Counted from the stretch's first letter, positions 13,293-25,961 are shown. The stretch: 64,000 nt of DNA from Lingula anatina (GCA_051362555.1 CM120649.1:14384001-14448000); one strand, 5' to 3'. A program made the numbers and translations. The notes: a model not told the origin generated them from the sequence alone.

Positions 13293-14877
13293 TTAAATGT
13301 ATTTACAAATAGGACAATGTGCGACAGTACTTATAATGAGATCAGAACAAATTCCATCCCTTGTAATCTTAAGAATAAGTCGTCGAAATCGAGTATACGT
13401 CATTTCTCGATCATCATTCATCAATAATTCATGATAATGCTTAACAGTAATATTCATACGTTGCAGTAATAGTACAGTAACTACAACTAACTTAGTTACC
13501 CTCCATGCATAATATGAAGCTTGAATAATACATTTACCAAAATCTAATGGTATTTGATGCAACATATATATCATGTAATCTTCAGATATCATCAAATAAT
13601 GAGCACAGCCAATTAACTTCATAAAGTCCAACTTCTCGTCTAGGTTATCAAACCTTCCACAAAATATGAACAAAATTGATTCATTTATCAAATCAGATGA
13701 AAACTTAATCTGAAAATTCGGTTCTCTTTGTTGTTTGAAGTATAATTCATTTATATATACAGAATGTTTACGGAAGTTCTCGAAAAGCTTAAATGACAAA
13801 GTTACAATTCTGTCATCAATGTAAATGTGATGTACAAGTTCGTCAGTCTCTGCAAAATCAAATAGAAAATAAGAAAAATGATAAGAGACATATTTACAAA
13901 ATCATAATTGTTAAAAAAAACTCTAAGTACAAACATTAATATTCATAACATAGTAAAGTAAGTACAATACAGCATGCAAATAATAATGATCATGATTAAC
14001 ACAAAATATCATAATTATATATATAAGTCATATGTAATAAATTTTATAAAAGCGTAAATAATCATATTACATTATTCATAAAATAGTATATAGTAATTAA
14101 AACAAATTCAATTTTTGTTAAAACTTATCGAGTTAATTCTGTGCGTCTCGCACACTCTCAATAATAATAATAATAATAATAATACACAGATCAGTTCCTT
14201 AGATCATTTATGTAACAATAAGGAAAACTCAATCATAAAGTTATTAAACTGCCGTGATAGTACACACACTTCTTATACCAAAAGTTTGCTCGCAAAGATT
14301 AATGCATTTTGTTATAGACATACATGTAGCAAGTCAAGTCAAATTCAACTTAAAATCAATCTGCATTGTGATCAAATGGTTCCAACTGAATATAGAAAAG
14401 TGCATTAGCATGTTTAATGTGCAAAAATGCATAATATTCACTCTTGAATAATTTTCAGGTTTAAAAGCTGTTAAAAGTGACAATGGGATAACTCGTTCCA
14501 AAACAACGTTTTTGTTTATTATGGTGTTTATAATTGTGAAACCATGCCAATGTTTAAAGTAGTCAGCAAGTACAAAGACTAAAGTGAATTGTCAAAATGA
14601 GAATAATTATTACTTCTATTTTAAAAATGAATGAATCTGTGATTCTAAATTCGGCTTATTAATTGATTTTGTTGCAAAATGTTATAATCACTACGGTATA
14701 GTAAGTACTATATCGTTTACGTATACTTCTTCTAGTAAAGCCACTACTAGTGCCAATTGCCTGGCCTTGATAAACAGGCCAAATTTCATCACGAGCAATA
14801 AGCTCTGTATCCCGAATAAATATTTGAGGTGAATCATCTGTAGGAAATATTTCGTCTGCTAGAATAGCATCTGCCAT
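13293..14877 (-). CDS. Putative accessory gene of the LTR element, in the env position; possible exons 14877-14721 and 13849-13293 (about 237 aa)
   Basis: ORF 13293-13799 extends upstream in frame to a strong acceptor (long pyrimidine tract ending TTTTGCAG at 13850). The upstream ORF MADAILADEIFPTDD.. has a phase-compatible but weak donor (AC|GTAAAC at 14720). The protein ends in C-x8-HCxxC. Confidence 0.5.
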
Positions 14878-15792
14878 ACAAGTATAGGTTTGCTCTTAAT
14901 TGTCTCTTTGCTGTTTGAGTCACGTTATGTAATCTCAAATGATCACTAATATCTTTGGCAAGAAAATGAGACAAAATTGATTAAATAGCTGAAGAACAGT
15001 TGATTCCGAATTTAAAGATTCGGTAAATAAATCATTGTGTTTCATGATGAAAATATGCATGGTGAATAGAAATACTGCAACAAACCAAAATTAATAGATT
15101 GTAGTTGTGGTATCTTAGTGTTGCTTTGACAACTTGTCACTTGGGTGGGAGGTAAAAAATCAATCTAAATTCAAACTGTAATAGCAGAAAAAATTGAATG
15201 ACACATTAATGACAGCTACTTAAAGAGGTCGTTGTCCTAGGGCATTCCGGGGTAATGTCAGTTATGTTAACTTAAAGTAACTGACTTGTCAAAACATCTC
15301 GTCTGTATTTTGTCAGTTTACTATGCCTTCCATTATGATGAGGCGCTAACCTTGTGATAATTTGTATTACATCGTTTGGATGTAATGTTTACTCATATGA
15401 ATATAAAGCTCAATGTTCTTTGTTAAACAGTTCTTCAGAAACAAAATTGTCTACGCTCAACACTGCTGAGCGTGCTGATGCTGTCACAACATTACAGTAA
15501 GAATTCATAGAATCATCATTTCAAAAGGTCAATGCTCTTGGCTTTTTCAGTGTATACTGCATTAACTTAGCCTCTTTTTAGAAAAAGATAGAAAATAAGA
15601 TAGAGTAGACAGAAAAATAGTAAACCGGTTTACATTTAAGGTTCAGTTAAGCAGTATGACTGTATTGACCAAATTATACATTTGACCTTTGTGTACTCTT
15701 CTACAACGTGTAAGTGTAATATCTTTTTATTTACCGGTGTATCGAATCTCTAACTCGATCGTCTCGAAGAGATAGATCAATGTGCTTTCTCT

Positions 15793-17600
15793 TTAATTTC
15801 TACGTTTTCTTCGTCTTCTTTGTAACGTCTTATTGATATGATAATCTCTTTTTAATGCATCTGAAATATTTTCTTCAGGTTCCCAGGAAGTGTTCTTATA
15901 ACCCTTCCATTTTACTTTGTAATGTCTCTTTGCGTTTATATTCTTACAGCATAATAATTTTTCTACTTCATAATATTCGTACGTGTCTTGCTTACTGTCC
16001 GATGCAAGTTCCGCTTTTTCTGTGTTATGAATATCTCTATCTTGTGTTTCACTGGTCGTTTTATTCCCATTTGATTTGTTGTCTTGCTCATAATTACTTT
16101 CATTCAGCCTTTCGTATTTATTGTAATCTTTAGGGTCATAATACATTTTCAATCTATTTGCATGAACAGGCGATTTATGTTCCTTGTGTGTTTTACAATC
16201 TCTCAAATAATACGTGCACCCTGTTGATAATATCTTTGTAATATAATATGGTCCTTTGTACTTGGTGTACAATTTAGAACTTAATCCTTTAGGTGTCATT
16301 GGTGTATATATCCAAACTCTATCACCTACTTTATAAATAGGTTGCTTTGAATTAAGCTCATACCTTGCTTTATACTGTTTCTGAGCTACTTCCCTATTCT
16401 TTGTTGCAATTTCTTTTGCCGTTTTAAGGGTGTCTTTTAATTCTTCAATGTACTGAGGTAGATCTTTATTCTCATGAGATTCAGGGATCAAACCACTTTC
16501 TAATCGTGGGAGTGGCCAGTGCATGGGTTTTGTGACTTTATTCAACTTCCGGTAATCAATTGCTAATCTATATTCTCCGTTTTTCTTTTTTACTAGTACC
16601 ACTGGACTACTGTACTCACTCATGCTTTCTTCGATTATGCCATGTTTTAACATATCGTCTACTTGTTTGACAATTTCATCTTTCAACTTTGGTGACGTAC
16701 GATAACATGTTTGTTTCACAGGGATATAATTTATTGTGTCAATTCTATGTTTATACATATTTGCTGAACCTAACTCTGAGATATTGGTAGCAAAAACATC
16801 GCGATTACGGCCTAACAAGATTTCCAACTGTTGCTTCTGCTCTTCACTCATGTCTGAATCGGCAAAGTTTATATTTAATTCATCTGCATTCCGCAATGCT
16901 TCTTGATCTGATAACCTATCACCTTTTTGTGCTGTGTCTCCCTTTGACATTTCATTTAAAGCACTGACGCTTGCCAGACTCACTGAACTCGCAATAGCTA
17001 GTATTGTTCTTTTGGGGATAAAAATACTTTCATCGCTAGGATTCATTATTCTGTAAGCAGATTTGTTTTTATCAATTGTAACCAAACATTTAGCTCCGAT
17101 AAGTTTTTTCTTGGACTCAAGATTTCGCACTGGCTCTAATAAAGCCACGGAGACAGATGATGAATGTGATATTTTGACTGGAATCAAACATTCACATCTA
17201 GGCGGAATAAATTCGGATTTAAAGTTACGTACTAAACCTAATACAGGTGGACTATACAAGGGTAAGAGCAAATCATAATCAGGCAGTGTCATGCTATCAG
17301 ACGATAAGTCAATTTTCACATTGTGTTTTCTTAGGAAATCTGTGCCTAATATCAAACTTCTTGGCAACTGACTAAATACGTGGACTTTATGCTTTATGAT
17401 CACATTACCAAAACAAAGAGGTAACTCTACTTTTCCCAGAACTTTAATCACAGAACCATCAACAACTGAAACTTCTTTTAATGACTTTTTTCGTATGAAT
17501 TTCGATCCCTTTTTCCTAATTTTGATAAGAAAGATTCCGATACACAAGATATGACTGCACCTGTGTCAACCAAAGCATTGACATGTTGTTTGTCGATTTG
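15793..17600 (-). pseudogene. pol: pol remnant: aspartic protease, RT N-terminus fused to integrase C-terminus, chromodomain
   Basis: ALVDTGA protease motif at about 17556-17576 (frameshifted relative to the ORF). RT start SPVVLVKKKNGEYRLAIDYRKLN..PLPRLE runs directly into integrase C-terminal VGDRVW..KGPY and the chromodomain YEVEKLL..YKVKWKGY..SWEPEENI. No YxDD, RNase H or DDE core is present. Confidence 0.9.
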
Positions 17601-17699
17601 AATTGATATCAGATTATTAGCTTGGTAATCGGAAATAATAGAAATTGGAACTTTTCTATCTTCAATCTTGTTATAAAACCTTTTTCTTTTTCTTAGCCG

Positions 17700-18642
17700 T
17701 TTGTTTACACGTGCAGAATGACAGACATTTTCTATGTGTCCTATTTTACCACAACAATTACAGTTAAAATTGCGAGCACAACAATAAGGTCTAAGATGCG
17801 TGTACTCACCACATCCCTGACATATTGGCCATTTTCTTTATCGGTTTGCTCTGTTGAGGATAGCTCGGACGTTCGGATGGTGGTGATTTGTGATCTGGGC
17901 GACGCAGATAAATGTTTCGCTGGAGCATACGTCTTGGGCCGTTGGCGTTGTGCCAGAACCTTTTGGGAGACGCAAAAGGGCTCGCTTTTGGGGGTGCCAA
18001 GTTTCTTTCATCGCTAGTCAGCTTTGGGTTTTGTACCATATGGATCGCCGACTGTACGCTGGTACGCACGGCATCACTGATGGAGTTCTGCAACGTGTCT
18101 ATTTTTTCTGTTATGATCTTTATATCAGTCCGTTTGTTCCTTTTGGTCGGCTGCACCGCATTTTCCGCGATGCGCGCATGGTGCATTAGTGACTCAAAAT
18201 CTGATGGCTCCCTCTGCACTACAAAGGGGCGGATCTCGGGGAGTATCCCGTTTATAATCACCGTAAGGGCCGTTCCCTCATCTTAACGCGCACGTTTGGC
18301 GTCGTGGCGCATTGCCTCAATGTAGTTCTGCGCCGTTTCTTCTGGCAGCTGATGCCGTTTAAAAAATTCTGAAGCTCTCGCCCACGCTTCTCCGTCTCTC
18401 GGTTGGTACCTTGCACGGAACTCGCGGACGAGCAATTCCCAATTTTTCTGCTCTGTAGCTGGTAACAACTCATACCAGTCTATGGCCGATTGCTTAAACA
18501 ACAGAGGAAACAAGGCGGTATGTTGGACTTCTTCTAATTTTTTATACAGTGTATAGATTTCAAACTGCTTTAGCCACCTTTCGATATCTTCGTTTCCGTT
18601 ACCAGAAAACTTTTCTGGCGCCAAAGATAAATCTGAGGACAT
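17700..18642 (-). pseudogene. gag: gag (frameshifted) with two CCHC zinc knuckles
   Basis: PEKFSG..DIERWLKQFE gag N-terminus (18642-18283) continues in 18261-17806. A third frame encodes CQGCGEYTHLRPYC and CNCCGKIGHIENVC (about 17720-17823). Confidence 0.88.
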
Positions 18643-18863
18643 CTTCGTCTTTTTTCGGTTCTTAATTGTTGCTAGGGTAATGACTTATGACTGGTTATTT
18701 TCATTACTCAGCATACTCGGTTTCCTCTGCGCTGAGACACTGACGATGTTTGCCTCTGGGTGGATGGTGTGAACCCTTCGGTGTCTACGCTCCTACTGCC
18801 ATCATCACTATAACTTTATCACCGTTCCGCTTGCCTCGGTAGAGCGGGGATTGACTTTTTTTT

Positions 18864-18872
18864 CCTCCACCA
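18864..18872 (-). other. Primer-binding site, tRNA-Ala-like
   Basis: TGGTGGAG starts 2 nt after the 5' LTR and is complementary to the CUCCACCA 3' end of tRNA-Ala. The match is short. Confidence 0.55.
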
Positions 18873-18874
18873 CT

Positions 18875-19237
18875 TGTTATAGTGAGGAATGACGACAACA
18901 GTTTGGAGCTTTCGAACGTTTATTCACCGACTCCTTTTTCACAGAATGTACAAGTATTTATATTCTATTTTCCATTCTCAAATTTCCCATTCTCATATTA
19001 CAAAACTATATTCAATATTTCCTAATTTAGTAATTTAAATGAGACTTGTTTATGATTTAAAATATTTAAAATATTTCCCAAATTACTCATCTTGGATCTT
19101 GTCCAACTCAAGTATGCATGAGTTCTACACGTGTTAAACACGCGCAAATCGATAGAAAAATCAACCAATCAGATCCAACTATATCGGACTCTGAAACGTT
19201 TCACCCAATTGTCGAAAGTGTCATTTGCTTTACAACA
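18875..19237 (-). repeat. 5' LTR
   Basis: 363-bp direct repeat of 12748-13110. Confidence 0.95.
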
Positions 19238-19326
19238 ATAGTTTAGTGAGCCCTTCACAGACGATTGATGACTATTGCCGCAACTTTATTAGAAACTCTT
19301 TTCGCTGTCCTTGGACTTGGGGCCTT

Positions 19327-19640
19327 CCCGCACGAAAATGCAGTAGTATCGAAGTAGCAAAAAAGCATTAACGCAGTAGTGGTGTGGAGCATATTTGCAG
19401 TAGAAATTCAGCATAGCCTACTGCAATTCTACTCCAAAAAGTACATAGGTTTGTACAGAGAGGAGCATTAATGCAGTAGATTAGCAGCATGATAGAAGCA
19501 TGTTTCAAATATGCTAATTAGCTCCCAAATCGAAGCAGATTTGAAGCATGTTTGCAGTATGATTGCAGTAGTCTACTGCGGTTTGCAGTATGATTGCAGT
19601 AGTCTACTGCGCTGGAGTATCTACTGCGTTTTCTTGCGGG
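19327..19640. mobile_element. MITE with CCCG termini and a 2-bp TSD (animal EnSpm/CMC-like)
   Basis: TIRs CCCGCACGAAAATGCAGTAG / CTACTGCGTTTTCTTGCGGG, inserted into the GGCCTTAGCCG motif seen uninterrupted at about 5335, duplicating TT. Contains internal GCAGTA repeats. Confidence 0.75.
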
Positions 19641-21564
19641 TTAGCCGTAACTTTAAATCTTATCTGGTCAGCGGTTGCCCAACATTGACAAATAATGCGG
19701 AACTCCTCTTTGTTGTAATTGATACATTATATTAACTTTTTTTCTCAATCAAAAAATAACATTATGAAGTAACTTATTAAATGGCAGGAGGGATTAACTT
19801 GAGTGTACTATATCAAATTAAGTTTGTGTCTAAACATATCTACGTAAATGCAGTATTCTTTTTAAGCATGTGTTGCTGTAGATAGTTTATATTTGCAGTA
19901 TTAAAAGTTATCTATGTAGTTTACCCTTTTGTCTCATGACATAAATTATTGTTTACGTTCGCAACCAAGCACCAGTTTCAACACCGTATCTTCCGCCTGG
20001 ATTATGTGCTTGTTTTTAGTCAGAACCTGACTGGAATGCTTGCCTTCATATCACATCATACTTTTTTCTATACCTTTTCTCCTTATTGTAGGTTTTTATA
20101 TATGAAGCGAAAGCAAATGAAAACATTAAACAGTAGTGATACTGCTCCCCTTTTATTTAGTTAAATGATGCGTTCAGAAATAATTTACTGAAACAGAAAC
20201 AGTCTTTTTGGCTTCGAAATTCTAAGAGATCTTAAGACTACCTACCTCCCACGCCTCAGTAATTGGAATTTTAATTAATTAGAATTTTAATTTTAAAAAC
20301 CGTTCGGTCAATTTACATGGAGTCTTCAAATATTCACCGTCTCAAAAATATCCCTAATTTATATTAAATAATGTGACAAGACCCTCATTTCGAACCTATT
20401 TTTAAGTGTGAACTTTCAATCTTCCGCTTTGACATTATAAAGGAGTTTAAAATCCGAGTTACTATTGAGTGTAAAATCCGCTTTAGAAACCAGTTCACTG
20501 GGGTCGCCTTGTATAACCATTATCATACATATGATTGTTAGTCGTGTAAAAACTATGAGCTTTTTATCACTGAAAACAAAATTACCAAACCAACAAATGT
20601 GCGCGTTCACACACACACATTCACACACACACGCACGCACACATAGAGCAGTGCATTACATTCATATCAGCGGACTAACATATCCGAGGATAAAATATTG
20701 CGACCCACTAAAAAGTTTGCCGCTTAATTCCCAATTTAACACTATCACTATATATTCCCGGCGGGTATTACGCAACAAGCATCCGAGTGGGTCGGCCATA
20801 TTTGATCCGCGGATCTGTTAGTTCTCTGTTCTGAATGCTGCCACACAGCACACACTAGACCTATTTAGCGTACCTGAGGCGTCCATGCACTCGAAATTAA
20901 TAAACTGAGATATGCATAGAACCTATTAATTTTCCAAACACCTTTTGTCTCTTCTTATCCCACCAGTTACGTCAAACATTTCTTATCAGTAGACCCATCA
21001 GATTGTTCCTGGTGCCCTGTTTACTGCAAACACGGATATTATAGAAAGTATAGAACAAATGACAGTTAATATCTGTGAAGCAAATACTGCAAATACCATA
21101 AAAATGCCCTTTTCTTGGAAGGCGATTATGGAGAATTTGTTGGGAATTCTCTGATAGAAGGTAGGTAGGCAAAGCGGATTTGGGCGAGTCCATTCTTCAG
21201 GGGGGCACAGACTACTTATCAAAATTGTTTCTAAAATTCGACGTGTGTTGCTTTCAACTTTTAACAAAAGCAGTGTATGCTATGGGATTTTAAGAAGCAT
21301 AACATTCAATTTCAAAACGAAAAAGTTCATTTTGGTAGTAAGTAATATAATTTATTTCAAATATTTCCAAACGTGAATCCCTTCGAGTAAAGTCGAGGGT
21401 GAATCACATTGTGTGTACTGTGGTTGCTACACATGAAAGTTGACCTTTATGACGACACCGTTAACCTCTGTCTGGTATTTATAAAAGTGATATCGCATGG
21501 GTCTTTGTATTTCAAATTGCGATATAGTTTTAGACAATCTTAAGCAGATTGACAATAGAACAAA

Positions 21565-24500
21565 ATGGACAAGACAATTGTATTTTTGTGTGTCATCGGG
21601 TTAATTTTGCTGACCATAGGTGAAAGTGAAGGTACGTTAACTTCTTTTGAAAAACGTACAGTAAAAGCATATATTAAGATTTAATCAAACATTTATTTCG
21701 GAGGTGTATCAAGTTTGTTTCATGTTTGTTTTTCCCCTAGGCTATTTTTTATCGATTTCATTATGATAATAATTTCTGCAGATATAAATTTGAGAAGAAA
21801 ATAATAAGCCTATTTTTATGTTCTTGTCAACTCTTGGACAGTCTGGAGATTCTGTATGCTTGATCTGTATATAAGTCATAACTGATATATAAAAACAAGG
21901 CAGCAAAGCTGTCAAAAGTACAGACAAAAAACAGAAAATCATTGCAGTTTGTCAGATTCAATCATCCACTATGTTCAGGATCTCAGAATGGAGGAAATTG
22001 GACATTTAACACTGTTCTATTGATATTTTTCCCATCTCATCAATTTTCTTAATTGGTCATGGCAGTAAACTGTTAATTTTGTTTTATGTTAAAAAAAGTG
22101 TTAAAATTGGAAATAAACCCATTTCAGAAAAGAGCTGTCTTGTTTACATTTTGGCATTTTCAAGATGTGACTTTGAAGTTCCTTGGTCCTGAAGACCTTT
22201 GCTAGTCACATTTTCTGAATATCCATGATACTAATATTTTATTATTAAAAATTGATGGTCATTATGCTGTTAAACATTATGTAATATTGCATCAAAATTT
22301 GAAGAAACCCCTATTTTGGGCACTGCTCCCATGATGACCATTAAAGGAAAATCATGTCACTCACTGTTCTCAAACTTACAGGAAAGAAACATGGGGCTAA
22401 AATATAGCTTCAGTAGGCAATGCAGTCTGTTTGGTAAATTTTTCTGGCAATTAAACATTTTTTGTGAAAATTTAATTTTTCACTTAGGCCTCACTTTTTT
22501 TTTTTATTTTTATGGATGACCCCCAAAATCGGTGCGAGCGGGCGAAAAAAAAAAAACAGTCCAAAAAAAAACTGCTTAAGAAACACTAATTTACCACAGA
22601 AACACGTATTAAACTAACAACATGTATTTATCCATACTCTCAAATTATTAATGCATTGTGAATAGGGCCTAAATCGTAGAAAGGTAAAAAGTCATGAATA
22701 TATATGCTGCATATTACCAAATCTATTTAAGGTTATTTCATGCATTCTGTTGGTATAGCAATCAATAAAACAAATATCAAATAAACATCGTGTCTTTATT
22801 TGTACTCTCAGAAAATTAGAGCATGGTAAACACTTCACAGAATTGTTAAAAAATGAAGCAAAGATAGGCCTATGCTTCCTACTACCAAATCTAAAAAAGG
22901 TAATTTCGGTCGATGCCATTTTGTCTTCTTCGACTCACACTTAGCAGCCAACTATCGGGTGGCCTGTCTGACCTTCAGTCCACCAAATACCACGACGCTC
23001 TTTTTGACCCTTTTTTTGCTACAAAAAAAAAACCCTGGTAGGGGGCCTATGTGCTGCTTTGGACAGAATGTCACTGAATTTTTCCGGGCGATGATCGCTG
23101 GCCGCGGCCAGCCTTTCGTATAATTGTAAAAGGTTGATATCTCCATGTCCAATATCAATGGCAAACCAATCCAAAACGACGTCCCCCGTTCTATTTATGA
23201 CTTTAATTGTCATGTATTTTGAAATTAATTTGACGGCAAAGCGGCCATATTTCCACATGGTGATAATACGCATGCGCAGAAAGCTTATTTTCCGCACTCG
23301 GATGTCTCCGCAGTCGACAATGCCAGTATGGAACCTGCGGAATTAGCCGAGGATTGTCATTATTGCATTTTCCGGCAAAATAACGACGTTTGCGACAACC
23401 GACTTCCTTGGGGGGAGGGCATTTTTTTTTTTATTGGGGAGAACAGACGAAAATCGGTGCGCGCGCAGGATGTTATCCATAAAAATAAAAAAGTGTGGTC
23501 TTATTGGCATTTTCAAGGTGTGACTAAGAACCTCCACGGGCTTGAAGACCTTTGCTAGTCACATTTTCTGAATATCCATGATACTAATATTTAATTACTA
23601 AAATTGATGGCCATTATGCTGTTAAACATTTTGTAAAGTTGCATCACAATAGAAGAAAACACAATTTTTGGTGTTGCTGCCATGATGACCATTATGGGAA
23701 AACCATGTTACTTATGACTGTCAAACTTTCAAAAAAGAAACACAGGACTAAAATGCAGCCTGAGTAGGAAATCAGTCTAATTAGCTTCTTTTTCTGTAAG
23801 TTATACATTTTAGTTAAATATTCATTATTATCTTTTTGGCATATTCATTGTGGGACTCAGAACTCCCATGGACATGAAGCCGAATGGTTATCAAATTTCT
23901 ACATGTCCTTGCTATTTATAGTCAATAAACAAAAATTGGTGAAAATTATTCTATAATTTATTATGTTATGTTACAAAATTGACAAAAATCTTTTTGCACT
24001 GCTACTGCAAACATTATGAAAAGAAAACTGTGTTACTTATTATTATTTTTAACATACAAGTATGATTTTTAGGATTGGCATTCAGTTCAAATTAGAAAGC
24101 CAGGTCAATTGGTGAATTCTTTTATTAGTGAATTTTGTGTGAAATTTTCATTTTTCTCATTCTGGCACTTTCAAAGTATAAACTTGAACTCTGATGGGCG
24201 TGAAGCCTTATGCTTTTACTTTCGTCAGTGTTACCTGTTGTGCATAATTAAAATTTGATATTGACTGTGCAGTTAAACATAATGTATTATTGCATCAGAA
24301 TTGGTAGTCTCCTATTTTGTACATTAATGTGTTGTGCTTTTCTTAAGATGTGACTTATGGGCCTGAAAGACTTTTGAGAGGGTCAGTCTGTAAATTTCCC
24401 TTGGGTATCACTTAGCTAATTTCAGAGTTATAAAGTCATTTGCCTAATTAATAGGTCTTTAAATGAGATTACATAAAGCACACTTGGTTTAAGATCTCTG

Positions 24501-25961
24501 CTAGATTAATAATAAGGAAGCCAGATATATATAAACTCGAAGATTAAAAGTTTGAATAGCAGCTTCATTGGAATTATATTTACCTCTGCCAAGGAGGGTA
24601 TGTTTTCACCCCTGTCTGTCATCAACATAACTCAAAAAGTTACTGACCGATTTTGATGAAATTTTCAGGAACTGTCGGAAGTGGGCAAGGAGGACAATGA
24701 TTAGTTTTTGGTGGTGGTCCGGATCAATAATCAATCAATAAGCAATAATAATCGACAATTGCTGTCTTGGCAGAGGTAGTTTTGTTATGTTTTCCGTTTC
24801 AATTTTTTCTCAATTTTTTTTCAATTTTTTCTCAAACACTGGCATTTGTGACTTTTAACTCCGCCTGAGGCTCTGCACATTTTCTGTATTTCCACATAAG
24901 CAGTTGTATTGTTTTTTATGTCTTTAAACATTATGTATTATTACTTTATGCACTGTCATCATTTTTCAAATATTGAGACTTTCATCATGTGAATTTGAAC
25001 TCTCATGGTCCTGAAACTGTAATCTTATTGAAGGGGTGGGTTGAGACCATCTTCTGGGTCTTCCGGAAGACGGTCAGGTTATTAAGTTTATATTGACTGG
25101 TATCTATTTTTTTCTGTTGGAAGACCATAAAAATGGGGACTGGATCAACATAGATACTTTGGAATACTGTCAGAAACTATCTCTGGGTCGGCTCCGAGCA
25201 CGACAGAGAGCACACACGTTATTTTGCATCACTAAATGCTCGGACTCAAGTAAATTTAAGAATACGGTTCTATATCGTTGTTTATTTTTTCTACAGGGCG
25301 AAGATTCGGAGTTCGAACTAGAACCTACCGCGGAGGGAGCTACTCTGGTGGCTCTTCTTTTTCAGACGGCACTGATCTAGCTTTAATTCTCGGCCTCAGC
25401 ATTGGCATTCCAGTTGGAATCGTCTTCCTCGTTTGCTGCATTGTCTGCTGTAGCGTCTGTTTCGAGAGTTGCTGTGATAAGAAAGAACCCGAAGAGGACA
25501 AATCGGTGGAAGATGACAATGCCATGTCTGCCGCATTCGAAACAGAAGCAAACGGCGGACCTGGTATACACGAACCTGGGGTCCATCTTACCGGATCCGA
25601 CACCGCATATTTCTCAAACAACAGCCAGCAACAGAACACATATTGGACACATGACCAGCTACCGGCCTATGGGGATGCCAATTTTTACCCATCTCAGCCC
25701 TTGAATGCCGGTGACACCAAATTCCCCTCTGCGCCTGAGTACACGCCAAACGGCAATGCATCAGCCTGCAACAACAGTGGTGGCAGCGGTGGGATTAGTT
25801 CTATAAGTGGCGGTGGCGGTGGGATGGACTACACTCCCAGCAGTGGATATACTGGACATGATTATAGTTCCCCTAGCAGCGGCGTTGGTGACGCAGGTTG
25901 TACCAGTAGCTCAAGTAATGACACTGGGGGGGGTGGATGTTCTTCCTCTAATGACTTTTAG
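21565..25961 (+). CDS. Single-pass membrane protein, copy C (243 aa); exons 21565-21631 and 25297-25961
   Basis: Intact 67-nt signal exon with G|GTACGT donor and acceptor TTTTTTCTACAG at 25296. Encodes GRRFGVRTRTYRGG, TM, Cys cluster and LPAY/APEY tail. All indels relative to copy B preserve the frame. Confidence 0.88.
22155..23810. repeat. Dispersed direct repeat (about 22155-22460 and 23507-23810) within the gene C intron insertion
   Basis: Shared TGAAGACCTTTGCTAGTCACATTTTCTGAATATCCATGATACTAAT and following sequence. More degenerate echoes occur at about 24190, 24350 and 25000. Confidence 0.7.
24581..24778. mobile_element. Short non-autonomous element with TACCTCTGCCAAG inverted repeats (Helentron/HINE-like)
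   Basis: TACCTCTGCCAAGGAGGGTATGTTTTCACC...CTTGGCAGAGGTA. The family assignment rests on recalled similarity only. Confidence 0.6.

Larger units (their letters stand above)
12748..19237 (-). mobile_element. Ty3/Gypsy LTR retrotransposon with chromodomain, internally deleted (non-autonomous)
   Basis: Two 363-bp LTRs (TGTT...AACA), 4-bp TSD ATAG (12744-12747 and 19238-19241), a PBS and PPT, and gag, protease, partial RT, integrase C-terminus and chromodomain on the minus strand. Confidence 0.95.
10842..19725 (+). repeat. Tandem segmental duplication, unit 2 (partial; homologous to about 3097-5474; interrupted by the LTR element)
   Basis: Colinear with the unit 1 promoter, exon 1 and 5' intron. 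Homology stops after GTTGTAATTGATAC at about 19724. Confidence 0.88.

Noticed and set aside
13293-13799. env assignment for the extra LTR-element ORF
   Set aside because: Too short, and it lacks a signal peptide, furin site and C-terminal anchor. Kept as an unknown accessory ORF.
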